NCBI GenBank assembly: GCA_964591495.1
Contig: CAZQEW010000007.1
Location: 5,681 to 68,513, forward strand
Reading direction: 5' to 3'
DNA from: an uncultured Klebsiella sp.
GTDB lineage: Bacteria; Verrucomicrobiota; Verrucomicrobiia; Limisphaerales; SXTU01
Length of the DNA stretch: 62,833 bases
This document shows, piece by piece, positions 37,390-46,037 of this stretch; position 1 is the stretch's first letter; the number at the start of each line of letters is the position of its first letter. The notes under the pieces are model-generated. The model was given only the letters and a program-made list of their open reading frames with translations. It had not been told where the DNA came from and ran no database searches. The position numbers and the translations under genes were made by a program.

Positions 37390-38340
37390 TCACTTCGCTG
37401 ATTGATACAGCTTCGCCAGGTCGAGCAGCAGCGGCTCTAGCTTCGCGTAATACTCCGGCTCCGGCATTTCCGTCTTCCGGTCTCGCAGTTTTCCGATGGC
37501 CAGTTCCAACTCATCCCGCTTGGCGCGCACGGCAGGCGGAAGCCGCTTCTCCTGTTCGCTCCGCACGAGGACGAACTGGTGCGCGCGCAGGCCGTCCACG
37601 GTTGCGCCGTCCTTGGCTTTCTTCACCGCGCGCACGCCCCGGAACCAATCCGGTGGCGTGCCGAGACCGTCGCCGTTGTCGTCGAGCAACGGATGCTCCG
37701 TCGCGAGCCGGCCCTCGGTCTCGTAAAACTCCATGACCCGGCTGGCGGCGAAGAGATACGCCTCCAACAGCGAGGTCTGCCCGTCCTTGTCGAGGTCCGC
37801 TTCCAGACTGCCGATGGCGGTGGCGAAGTGTCCGCCGAACCGGGCGAAGTTCACCTCCTGCCCACTGCGCGTGGCCGTGACGATGACGCGGCCCGGCACG
37901 GAAAGTTTGTTGATGAACGGCCCGCTGGCGGACGCACCATTCACTACGGCAATGGGCCGCTGAAACGCCTTCAGCCGTGCCCCGAAATCATCCGCTGCGA
38001 GGTCGGGGCCGCGCAGGTTGAACTTGGCTTCCTTGTTGTCGAAGGTGCCGTGGCCGAGCAGGACGAACCAGACTTCACCCGGGCCGGATTTGGGCTCCGC
38101 CTCGAGCGCTGCGTGGAATTGCGCGAGGTCGTTGGTCTGCGCCGGCTTTGTGCCGATGGCCACGAGCTTCGCCTGTGCGGCGGACACGACCTTTTCCCAC
38201 TTGCCCGCCGCCTCGGCGAAGTGCTTCCCAAATTCTTCTTCGCCCGCTGCCCCAACGAGGAGGAAGACAGTGGGTTTGTCGGCCACTTCCGCCTGGATGA
38301 GCATGGCCCCGGTCATTAAAGCGCACAGCCAATGTTTCAC
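37390..38340 (-). CDS. secreted protein with a caspase/legumain-like H-G ... A-S-x-S-G pattern and an EF-hand-like loop; last gene of the MoxR/Bat-like array
   Basis: The GTG start at 38340 overlaps the stop of the upstream gene (GTGA). Signal-like KHWLCALMTGAMLIQA. WFVLLGHGTF ... PIAVVNGASASGPF resembles the His and nucleophile strands of clan-CD peptidases. DLDKDGQTSLLE is a Ca-loop. The 601-aa track ORF (to 39195) is an out-of-frame overlap with the upstream gene and was trimmed. Confidence 0.65.
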   Translation of the reverse strand: MKHWLCALMTGAMLIQAEVADKPTVFLLVGAAGEEEFGKHFAEAAGKWEKVVSAAQAKLVAIGTKPAQTNDLAQFHAALEAEPKSGPGEVWFVLLGHGTFDNKEAKFNLRGPDLAADDFGARLKAFQRPIAVVNGASASGPFINKLSVPGRVIVTATRSGQEVNFARFGGHFATAIGSLEADLDKDGQTSLLEAYLFAASRVMEFYETEGRLATEHPLLDDNGDGLGTPPDWFRGVRAVKKAKDGATVDGLRAHQFVLVRSEQEKRLPPAVRAKRDELELAIGKLRDRKTEMPEPEYYAKLEPLLLDLAKLYQSAK

Positions 38341-40706
38341 GGCAACCCCCTCATTCTCCGCAGCCCCCACTCCGCAATGAAGCACAGCAGCGCGAAGCCA
38401 AACACCAGCGGCTGGTGCCACAGCGGCATGGTCCACGCCTCGGTCACGGGCGCTTTCAAGGTCGGCAAGCGGCTCGCGAAAGCGCCGAGCGCACCCATGT
38501 CCACGACTTCGCCACCAGTCCGCTTCGCGATGGTTTCGAGCAAGGCGCGGTTCGGCTTCAGCGAACGGAATTCCTCCGCCGCCAGGTCTGTCGTCCAGCC
38601 CGCCACGGCGCGGCCGGCCTCGGCCCCGACGTTGTTCGTCGCCGTCGCCTCGACGTGGTAGCCGCCGGTCTCGCGCGGGATGAAGGTCGCGGTGTAAAGG
38701 CCCGGCTCGGTCGTAGAGGGCTCGGCGGGCAGGCGGATGGCGGGCGCGTTGCTCACTCCGACGAGCACGGGCTGCACGTGGAGCATCACCGTCGCGTTGT
38801 CGAGCGGCAGGAATTTCGCATCCCGCACGCGCACACGCAGCTCGACGGCTTGGTTCGGGTCGGCCTTCTTCGGCTGCGCCTGCAAATCCACTTTGTTCGG
38901 CACGTCGGCGACGAGCCAGCGCGTGAGCTGCCGCCATGACTTGGCCATGTCCTCGAACAACTCGGGGTCGCGGAAGCCCCAGCGCCACACGTCGCCGATG
39001 GTCACGACCGCCGACCGCCCGTGGCCATAGCGCTGCACCGCCACCGCCGGCAGCGCTCGCCCGTTGGCGTCGGTCACGGTGGCGATGCCGCTCGCGCCGG
39101 GCTTGAGGTCGCGCACTTCGTTGAGCAAGTCGAAGCCCGGCATCGCAGCGAGGCGGGCCTTCTCCTCGTTCTCCGTCGGCCGCAAGCGCGCCCACGATTG
39201 CAGCCAGCCTTCGCGCGTGAGGCCGAGCCGGAGATTTTCGCGCGGCGATTCTTCCGGCGTGCGGTCGAGATAGACCGGCAGCATCCCGCCGATGGGGGTG
39301 CGGAGGTAGCCGCCCTCGTGAAAACTCTCGGCGCCGCCCAGCATCAGAAAGCCGCCGCCCCGTTCCGCCACGAACTTCTGCACGAGCGACTGTTGGTCAG
39401 CCGAGAAAAACTCCGCCTCCAAGTCATCCACGATGAGCGCGTGGTAGCTGAACAACTCCTCCGCCGTAGTCGGGAACCCCTTCGCCAGCTCCTCCGGGTC
39501 CTTCGTGTTCAGGCGGATGAGCACCGGTTGGTCGTAGCGTTGAATTTCTTCCTTCGACTGGTTGCCGAAGCCCCGGAAGAGCGGGTTGCTCGACTCGCCG
39601 GCGCGCCCGCGAAAGTCGAACTTCGGCTCGCGCTTTGCGATGCGGATGAGGCCAAGCAACTCGACTTGGTCGTCTTCCGTCAGCGCACGGCTGAGGAACT
39701 TGAACTCCCAGTTCGGCCGGCCGCTGACGTAGAGGATACGGAACGGCCCACGTCCCCGGTCCACCGCAACTACGCGCGTGTTGTTCGCCAGCGTGGCCTC
39801 AGCGGAAGTCTTTGCGTCGGCAAATTGCCCGCCTTCGCCCTGCGCACCGACGCGCACGCGGTAGAAGGACACGCCGCGCTTCTCGGGCTTGAGCTGGAAG
39901 CGGAACGCCAGCGTCTCGCCGTCGCGCTTCACGCGCACGGTCTGCTGGCCGACGACTTTGCCGGCGGGGTCGAGCAGCTCGGCCTTCACATCCGCGTCCA
40001 CGTAACCGCTGGCGACGGCGTCCGCCTGAATCGTCACGGGCGCGTCCTCGAAGCTGGTCTGCGTGACCGCGACGTTTGCGAGCGCGATGTCGCGGTCCGC
40101 GTCCTCGCGTCCGATGACAACGGGATAAACGGGCGGCAAGCCCTTCAAGTCCGGCAGCTCGCCTGCGATGTCCGTGGCGTTGCCGTCGGTAAGCAGCACA
40201 ACACCAGCGGCAGGACGATTGCCGAACCGTTCCTTCAACGTGGTAAGTGCGCTGCCGATGGCGGAAGCGCGCCCGTCGAAGTTGAGTTCCGCAAAATCCG
40301 TGCTGGGCTGGAGCCGCGAGTCAAAGACATAGCCACGCACCTCGAAGTTTTCGCGCAGCTTGGTGAGCCAGTCCGCGCCCTTGCCCGCGAGTGCGTCGCG
40401 CAGGAACTCGCCGCGGCTCTGCGCGTTGCCCCTGTCGTGGATTTGCAGGCCCTGGCTGTTATCCGCGACGACGGCGAGCAAGTTTGCGCCCGGCTTGGCG
40501 CGTTGGCCCGTCCACAGCGGCTCCAACAGGCACAGCGCCAGCGCGGTGAAGCCGAGCACCTTGAGCAGCGCGCATGCGGCGCGAAGCCCCCGGTCTGCCT
40601 CTGCCCGCGCGTAACCCCACGCCAACGCCAACGCGCCGACGCCCGCCAGCACCAGCACCGGCACCAGCCAGTCGCGGCCGGAAAAGATGAGGAAAGCGAG
40701 GGTCAT
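38337..40706 (-). CDS. large membrane protein, vWA-like + glutamine-amidotransferase-like region (Bat-operon type), paralogue of 60390-62582
   Basis: 789 aa. N-terminal TM helices WLVPVLVLAGVGALALAWGY and VLGFTALALCLLEPL. PNWEFKFLSRALTEDDQVE and GGGFLMLGGAESF parallel the 60390 gene's PRWEYRYLRNALERDPGVE and GSGLIFLPG. A C-terminal TM helix is present. Confidence 0.8.
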   Translation of the reverse strand: MTLAFLIFSGRDWLVPVLVLAGVGALALAWGYARAEADRGLRAACALLKVLGFTALALCLLEPLWTGQRAKPGANLLAVVADNSQGLQIHDRGNAQSRGEFLRDALAGKGADWLTKLRENFEVRGYVFDSRLQPSTDFAELNFDGRASAIGSALTTLKERFGNRPAAGVVLLTDGNATDIAGELPDLKGLPPVYPVVIGREDADRDIALANVAVTQTSFEDAPVTIQADAVASGYVDADVKAELLDPAGKVVGQQTVRVKRDGETLAFRFQLKPEKRGVSFYRVRVGAQGEGGQFADAKTSAEATLANNTRVVAVDRGRGPFRILYVSGRPNWEFKFLSRALTEDDQVELLGLIRIAKREPKFDFRGRAGESSNPLFRGFGNQSKEEIQRYDQPVLIRLNTKDPEELAKGFPTTAEELFSYHALIVDDLEAEFFSADQQSLVQKFVAERGGGFLMLGGAESFHEGGYLRTPIGGMLPVYLDRTPEESPRENLRLGLTREGWLQSWARLRPTENEEKARLAAMPGFDLLNEVRDLKPGASGIATVTDANGRALPAVAVQRYGHGRSAVVTIGDVWRWGFRDPELFEDMAKSWRQLTRWLVADVPNKVDLQAQPKKADPNQAVELRVRVRDAKFLPLDNATVMLHVQPVLVGVSNAPAIRLPAEPSTTEPGLYTATFIPRETGGYHVEATATNNVGAEAGRAVAGWTTDLAAEEFRSLKPNRALLETIAKRTGGEVVDMGALGAFASRLPTLKAPVTEAWTMPLWHQPLVFGFALLCFIAEWGLRRMRGLP

Positions 40707-40999
40707 ACGCCAAACAATGCGGGAAAATTGCGTCGCCCGTGAAGCACGCGCATGACCTCGATGCCGTTGGGTTTGGAACGGTAGAATATCACGTAGTTGC
40801 CCACGACCCAGCTTCGGAGACGGGGAGAAATGTCCTCACGCAAGCGCCCGAGTTCCGGCGTTCGGGCGAGGAATTTGCACTGGGCGTCAATCTCATCCAA
40901 CATACGGTCAGCCGCCGTGACATTGTCCTCCGCGATGTATCCCCAGATGTCACAGAGGTCCAGTCGGGCTGCGGGCGTGCGTAAAACCTCGCCATGCAT
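40703..40999 (-). CDS. ParE/RelE-superfamily toxin
   Basis: 98 aa. A.LDL.DIWGYIAEDNV.AADRMLDEI......LA..PELGR.RED... ..YVIFYR......IEVMRVLHG is the ParE pattern. Its stop overlaps the ATG of the downstream 789-aa gene (ATGA). Confidence 0.85.
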   Translation of the reverse strand: MHGEVLRTPAARLDLCDIWGYIAEDNVTAADRMLDEIDAQCKFLARTPELGRLREDISPRLRSWVVGNYVIFYRSKPNGIEVMRVLHGRRNFPALFGV

Positions 41000-41229
41000 C
41001 AGGCCTTGATTCCTAGCCGGCGCCGGCCTTCGGCCTTGATTTCCCCGATGTCCAGCGGAGCCAGCTCGCTCCGGTCTGCCTGCTGGACGCCGATGGCGAT
41101 CGCCTGGCGTAACTCTTCCAATTCCCGCCGCCGCATCTCCTCGGAGCCGGCCAGCCAGTGCAGCAGTTCGTAGCGGTCTTCAGCAGACACTTGTTCGGCT
41201 GCCGCCTTGATTTCCGTGAGTGTGCTCAT
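40999..41229 (-). CDS. antitoxin partner of the ParE-like toxin (addiction-module-component-like)
   Basis: 76 aa, acidic and helical. LTEIKAAAEQVSAEDRYELLHWLAGS resembles the TIGR02574-like 'L..eeR.eL...L..S' motif. It has a 1-nt overlap (TGATG) with the toxin gene. Confidence 0.75.
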   Translation of the reverse strand: MSTLTEIKAAAEQVSAEDRYELLHWLAGSEEMRRRELEELRQAIAIGVQQADRSELAPLDIGEIKAEGRRRLGIKA

Positions 41230-41238
41230 AAATCGAAA

Positions 41239-43782
41239 CTACTTGGGTGAAACCTTCGGCGCAACGCCCGCCTCCGCGCCGTCCTTGCCGAGGTTCTCGT
41301 AATACTTCCGCACCAGCTCCGAGAAGCGGCCGGGCACCGGGTCACGGTCAATCGGCACCATCGCCTCGCGGTTGTCGCGCTTGGCCAATTCCTCCTCCAA
41401 TCGCTGCCGCACCTCCACCAGCGGCTTCATCACCTGCATCCGCACCAGATTCCACTCCGTCGGCTTGAGGCCATCGCGCTTGAACTCCAGCCGCTCGTTG
41501 CGCAGGCGCTCGCGCGCGGTCTGCAACTGGTTCCGCAACTCCGCCGAGTCCACCATCTCCTCCACGTCGCGCAGCCGGTCGCTAAACTCCGCGAAGCCCC
41601 GCTCGCTCGTGATGGGCCCGGCCTGCTCGCCGCCGCGCTCGGCAATGACGCCCGCCGGAAGGATGCCTTCGAAGCCGCCGCGGTCGCCGCCGCGTTGGTT
41701 CGTGCCGCCGCGCTGATTGCCATTCGGTGAACCGTCCTTGGCCCCGCGCTGGCCGGCGTTGGCTTGCTTGCCGTCGGGCTGGCTGGGCGATTCACCGCCG
41801 GGCTGCTGGCCGGAACCGCCGCCCTTGCCCTGACCTTCACCGGGTTGCTCGCCTTGCTTCTGGCCCGGCTGGCCACCTTTGCCGCCCTTGCCATCTTTGC
41901 CTTCCTTGTCGCCGGGCTGCTGGCCGCCCTGACCGGACTTGCCAGCCTCTTTGCCGTCGCCTTGTTTGCCGCCTTGGCCGGATTTGGAACCCTCCTTCCC
42001 GTCGCCTTGCTTTCCATCCTGACTGGACTTGGAGCCTTGCTTGCCGCCCTTCTCGCCAGGTTCGTTCCCATCGCCCGGCTCCGCGCCGGCTTGAGCTTCG
42101 CCTTGTTTGGCGCCCTTGGAATTCTGCCCGGACTTCCCGTCGCCCTGTTTGCCCGGCTGCTTGGCCTGCTGACCTTGCTTGCCCTTCTGTCCGCCGGGCT
42201 GGTTGCCGTCCTGCGGCTCGCCTTGTTTGCCGTCCTTGCCCTCGCCGCGCGTGATTTCGTTTTCGAGCTGACGTGTGAGCTGGGCGAGCGTCTTGGCGGC
42301 CTGCTTGAGCGACTCCGTCTCGTCGCCCAGCACGCTCTCGGCAGCACGCTCCACGCCCTTCCGCAATTCCTCGATGCCCTGCCGCGCGCGCTGCTCCACG
42401 CCCGCCGCCGGCACGTTCATCCCGTTCTTCGCCAGCTCCGAGGCCACATCGAGCGACTTCGTGCCGCCCTGCTCCGACGCCTTCTCCAGCATCTCGTAAA
42501 GCCCGCGCGTCATCATGCCGCGCCGCGTCAGTTCGTTCTTCGTCTCCTTCAAGTTCTGCGCCTCGCTCTGAGCCTGCTTGCGGATGGCGTCGTAAAGCTG
42601 CCGATGCAGCAACGGCTCCGCGTTCTCCGACTGCTCGGCGATTTGCGTCGCGCGGTCCAAGAGATTCGCCAGCCGCTGGTTCTGTGCGGCCAAATCCTGC
42701 GGCAGCTCCGACTTCGCATCCGGCTCCGACAGCGACTTTTTCTTGTTCTGCGCCGGCGCGGCGGTCAACTGCTTGCCCAGCTCCTCCTGCTTCTGCGCCA
42801 GCTCGCGCGCTTCCTGGCGGAGCTGCTGCATGTCCTCGGCGAACTGGTTCGCGTTCTTCTTCCGCAAGTCCTCGCGCATCGCCTTCATGTCGCGCTCGGC
42901 CCGCGTGCCGCTCGCCAACGCCTGCGAGACGTTGCCTTTCTCCATCTGCTCGCCGGCCTTCTGCGCGGCCTCGCGCGTCTGCTCCAGCTTGTCCTTCAGC
43001 TCGGCCATGCGCTGCTGGTTCTCGGGCTTCTCAGCGCGCTGTTTCAGCTCGTCCAACTCGGCGAGCATCTGCTGCTGCTCCTCGCGCAGGCGTTTCAGCT
43101 GCCGGCGAATCTCCTCTTTCTCCGGCTCGGTCTTGGCCTCCTGCAAGGCGGTCTGCAACTCCTTCAACCGCTCGTTCAAGTCGCCCTGGCGCTGCGCCAG
43201 CTCGCGCAACCGGCTCATGAATTGCAAATTCTCCTTCTGCTCCGGCGACTGCTGCGGCTCGGCCTTGGCTTGCTTCTGCTCCTCGTAACGGTTCTTCGTC
43301 ATCTTGAGTTCGAGCTGGTCGAGCTGCCCCTGCCGCCCCTGCTCGCCGCCCTTGCCCTGCTTGCTGCTCTTCTTCTCGTTCACCTTGAACTCGCGCTCCG
43401 CCAGCTTCAGCAGCGCCTGATACGACGACTGCTGCGCGGCGACCGCGGCCTCGAGCTTTTTCGGGTCGGCCTTCGCCTCGTTGAGCATCGTGAGCGCGCG
43501 CTCCATCTGCTTGAGCACTTCGGTCATCGCAGCCTGTGCGCGGGGGCTGTCAGCCTTCTCGGCGAGTTCCTTCGCCATTTCGATCGCCCTTTCTTGCGAC
43601 TGGACGAGCACGCCGGTGTCGCTGGCGAAGTTGCCGGAGAGCTTCGGCGCGGCCTTGGCGGACGCGGCAGCCGGCCGCTGCTGCGCGAGGATGAACGGCG
43701 GCGCGAGCAACACGCCGCCCACGACCGCGAGGCAGGCGGCGGACAACACAGCGGAACCGGGCTTGGCGCGTGAAGTTTTCAT
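41239..43782 (-). CDS. secreted coiled-coil protein with a long Gly/Lys/Gln/Glu low-complexity region
   Basis: From ATG 43782: MKTSRAKPGSAVLSAACLAVVGGVLLAPPFILAQQ (signal or anchor). About 450 aa follow of E/K/Q/R/L-rich heptad-like sequence. Then comes GKQGDGKEGSKSGQG / GKQGDGKEAGKSGQG-type repeats at about 41690-42250. Confidence 0.75.
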   Translation of the reverse strand: MKTSRAKPGSAVLSAACLAVVGGVLLAPPFILAQQRPAAASAKAAPKLSGNFASDTGVLVQSQERAIEMAKELAEKADSPRAQAAMTEVLKQMERALTMLNEAKADPKKLEAAVAAQQSSYQALLKLAEREFKVNEKKSSKQGKGGEQGRQGQLDQLELKMTKNRYEEQKQAKAEPQQSPEQKENLQFMSRLRELAQRQGDLNERLKELQTALQEAKTEPEKEEIRRQLKRLREEQQQMLAELDELKQRAEKPENQQRMAELKDKLEQTREAAQKAGEQMEKGNVSQALASGTRAERDMKAMREDLRKKNANQFAEDMQQLRQEARELAQKQEELGKQLTAAPAQNKKKSLSEPDAKSELPQDLAAQNQRLANLLDRATQIAEQSENAEPLLHRQLYDAIRKQAQSEAQNLKETKNELTRRGMMTRGLYEMLEKASEQGGTKSLDVASELAKNGMNVPAAGVEQRARQGIEELRKGVERAAESVLGDETESLKQAAKTLAQLTRQLENEITRGEGKDGKQGEPQDGNQPGGQKGKQGQQAKQPGKQGDGKSGQNSKGAKQGEAQAGAEPGDGNEPGEKGGKQGSKSSQDGKQGDGKEGSKSGQGGKQGDGKEAGKSGQGGQQPGDKEGKDGKGGKGGQPGQKQGEQPGEGQGKGGGSGQQPGGESPSQPDGKQANAGQRGAKDGSPNGNQRGGTNQRGGDRGGFEGILPAGVIAERGGEQAGPITSERGFAEFSDRLRDVEEMVDSAELRNQLQTARERLRNERLEFKRDGLKPTEWNLVRMQVMKPLVEVRQRLEEELAKRDNREAMVPIDRDPVPGRFSELVRKYYENLGKDGAEAGVAPKVSPK

Positions 43783-44053
43783 GGCGTGCAGGTGCGGGCG
43801 GTGGGCGGATGCGGGAGGGAAATTAGGTTCAGTGAAGAAGACGCGGAAGGTCCGGCGCAACGGGTGCGGTGCGCCGTTCGGATTTCCGCGAGGTTTTGGA
43901 GTGCGCCACTCCTCTGGCGCTTTTCGGACGCGCTCAAAAGCGGCGGGGGACCGCCGCAGTCCAAGACGCTGTCGCGCAAAACCAGCGCCCCGTCCCCCCC
44001 AATCGGCGCTTGGAACTTCTCTGGAGCTTGGAGCTTGGGATTTGGGGCTTTCA
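43783..44053. repeat. intergenic composite REP-like element with several GC-rich hairpins and a short tandem repeat
   Basis: A 271-nt non-coding gap inside an otherwise overlapping operon. Hairpins GGAGTG-CGC-CACTCC (43898-43912) and GCGGCGG-GGGA-CCGCCGC (43940-43957). Tandem GGAGCTT GGAGCTT (44023-44036). The minus-strand pseudo-translation (VLDCGGPPPLL..KRQRSGALQNLAE) resembles a repeat family I recall from Verrucomicrobia genomes. Confidence 0.45.
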
Positions 44054-45772
44054 CTAAAAGAGGGTTTTCCGAGGCACCGCGTTTGTCCCCGTTGATTTTA
44101 ATGTTGGTCGATTCGGACCCGGAAACAAACTCTTCAAATCCCCCAGTCCCGCCACCGGCGACTGCCGCCGCAGCTTCCACGTCGCGTTGATGATTTCCTT
44201 CTGCAACTCCGCGAGCTTGCCCATCTGCTGCGCAGCGTTTTGCTGGGCACCGGGCGGCGGGTCGCCTTCGCTTTCGCCACCGTCGCCCTGACGGAAGATT
44301 TCCTCGAAGGGCCGCACTTCGGCGAAAAAAATGTCGCTCGCGGTGCGACGTGGCTCGCCATCCGGCCCGATGTCATCTGCCCACACAAACCACGCCACGA
44401 GCTGGTCGGGCGCCGCGCCAAGTTCCTCCAGCCGCAGCAGATGACTGAACGACCGCTTCTCCTTCGCAGGCACGCCCTCGCCGAGCTGGAGCAGCGTCGG
44501 CTCCGCGCCCCCGAGCGAATATGCGATGCCGTATCCGCGCAGGCCGAAGTCATCCCAAGCCTCCGCCTCGAAGCGAATCTCCTGCAACGCCGACACCCGT
44601 TGGTCGCCGCGCGGCGAGAGCAGCTTGAGGTCCGGCGCGCGGTTCCGCAGCGCGTCGAAGACAAACTGCGCCGACACCTTGTTCGAGCGACCGTCGGCGT
44701 CCACGAGTTCGAGGTTGTAAGTCGCGCTGGCCACGAGCGGGAAGTTCGCAAGCGTGACGAATGGCTTAGTGTCGTCCGCCGCAAGCGTGATCGGCTCGCC
44801 GCCGTCCTTCTTGCGCGGCACGAGGCGCGCGGACTTCACCGGCTTGTTGAGCTGGAGCGTGTAGTTGAGCTGCGAGCCTTCCACCGCGCTGACGCGGCGC
44901 GTGTCCTCGATGGTCTTCTCCGGCAACTGCGTGTAGGCGGGGAACTGAATCTTCGCGTCCGCACGCTCCAGCTTCGGATGCTCGAAGACCTTCACCGAAA
45001 ACTCCTTCGTGCGCTGCCCGGCGAACTCGACGCGATAACTGAAATCCTCGTTCACCTCCGGCACCGTGCCGCCGAAGACCGGGTCGTCGAGCGCCTTGGT
45101 GAGCGCGATGGAACGCGTCACGTTCGTGCCCGCGCCGAGGACGAGCGTCGCGCCGGGCGGGAGCTTGCCTTCGAACTTCGCCAGCACCACGAGGCTGTTG
45201 CCGCGCTCGACCTGCGTGTCGCCGGGCGTGACGGAGACGCTGTCCAAAACCGCCTTCGCCGCAGCGCGCTGCTCCACGGCCGCAATGCTGTTGGTTCGCA
45301 ACCCAATCAGCGCCGCGACGAAAAACGCGAACGCCCCGAGATGCGCGACGTGCGCGAGCGCGAGCTTGCGTGCGGGAAAGGCATCGGCCCAACCGAGGTT
45401 CCGCCCATGCACAACCGCCTCCGCGATGACGCGCTGCTGGAGAAAGCTGAACTGGCCATCCGCACCGGGCTTCTGCTCCAAGGCGGCGAGCAGGGCGGTT
45501 TTCAACTCAGGATGTTGCAGCTCGATTTGCTGCGCGAGCCAATGCGGGTCGGGCTTCGCCGCGAGGCAGGCGAACCCAAGCCACATTGCCGAACCAAAAG
45601 CAATCAGCCCGACGAGCGGCACCGCGACGCGATAATCCACGCCAAACGCCCCGAGCGTCACGCCGAGCAACCCCGCGAGCGCCCAGCAAACCGCGAGCCC
45701 GCGCCAAAGCTGCAACCGGCGGTAGCGACGCGCGACCGGCTCCAAGTGCTCATTGAGGAGGGGGGCAATCAT
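44054..45772 (-). CDS. membrane protein of the MoxR/Bat-like array, family not recognised
   Basis: 572 aa. Three N-terminal TM helices (LAVCWALAGLLGVTLGAF, VPLVGLIAFGSAMWLGFACL, HLGAFAFFVAALIGL) and then a large beta-rich region. Its ATG overlaps the stop of the upstream small gene (ATGA). Confidence 0.75.
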   Translation of the reverse strand: MIAPLLNEHLEPVARRYRRLQLWRGLAVCWALAGLLGVTLGAFGVDYRVAVPLVGLIAFGSAMWLGFACLAAKPDPHWLAQQIELQHPELKTALLAALEQKPGADGQFSFLQQRVIAEAVVHGRNLGWADAFPARKLALAHVAHLGAFAFFVAALIGLRTNSIAAVEQRAAAKAVLDSVSVTPGDTQVERGNSLVVLAKFEGKLPPGATLVLGAGTNVTRSIALTKALDDPVFGGTVPEVNEDFSYRVEFAGQRTKEFSVKVFEHPKLERADAKIQFPAYTQLPEKTIEDTRRVSAVEGSQLNYTLQLNKPVKSARLVPRKKDGGEPITLAADDTKPFVTLANFPLVASATYNLELVDADGRSNKVSAQFVFDALRNRAPDLKLLSPRGDQRVSALQEIRFEAEAWDDFGLRGYGIAYSLGGAEPTLLQLGEGVPAKEKRSFSHLLRLEELGAAPDQLVAWFVWADDIGPDGEPRRTASDIFFAEVRPFEEIFRQGDGGESEGDPPPGAQQNAAQQMGKLAELQKEIINATWKLRRQSPVAGLGDLKSLFPGPNRPTLKSTGTNAVPRKTLF

Positions 45773-46035
45773 GCCGTGACCACTTCGACGCGCGCCGCAT
45801 AGCCAAGCTGGTGCAAAATCTCCTCACAGTCTTCCCACGTGAGCCCGAACGCACGAACATCAGCCAACCCGATGCGAGCCACGACTTGGCGCACCACGGG
45901 CAGGTCGCGTTCGTCGAGGTCGCCATCCAGCATGACGGACTCCGCCCAGTCCACAAGGTCCGCCAGCGAGAGCCGGTGATGAAGATAGTCGGCTAGCTTG
46001 TCGGCTACGTCTTGTCTGCGGATGGTCATGGTCAT
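45769..46035 (-). CDS. small acidic hypothetical protein (88 aa), distal gene of an embedded two-gene cassette
   Basis: ATG start. MTMTIRRQDVADKLADYLHHRLSLADLVDWAESVMLDGDLDERD...GLADVRAFGLTWEDCEEILHQLGY. Protein-like composition, no named family. Confidence 0.6.
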   Translation of the reverse strand: MTMTIRRQDVADKLADYLHHRLSLADLVDWAESVMLDGDLDERDLPVVRQVVARIGLADVRAFGLTWEDCEEILHQLGYAARVEVVTA

Positions 46036-46037
46036 TT

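Noticed and set aside
38341-39195. N-terminal 285 aa of the 601-aa track ORF 37390-39195
   Set aside because: This part overlaps the 3' end of the 789-aa gene in another frame and is Arg/Ala/Gly-rich. The GTG at 38340 gives a signal peptide and a GTGA stop/start overlap, so the gene was trimmed.
41690-42250. Repetitive DNA that could be mistaken for a tandem-repeat or CRISPR-like array
   Set aside because: The repeats are imperfect and in frame. They encode a GKQG-type low-complexity protein segment within a continuous ORF, with no spacer/repeat periodicity.
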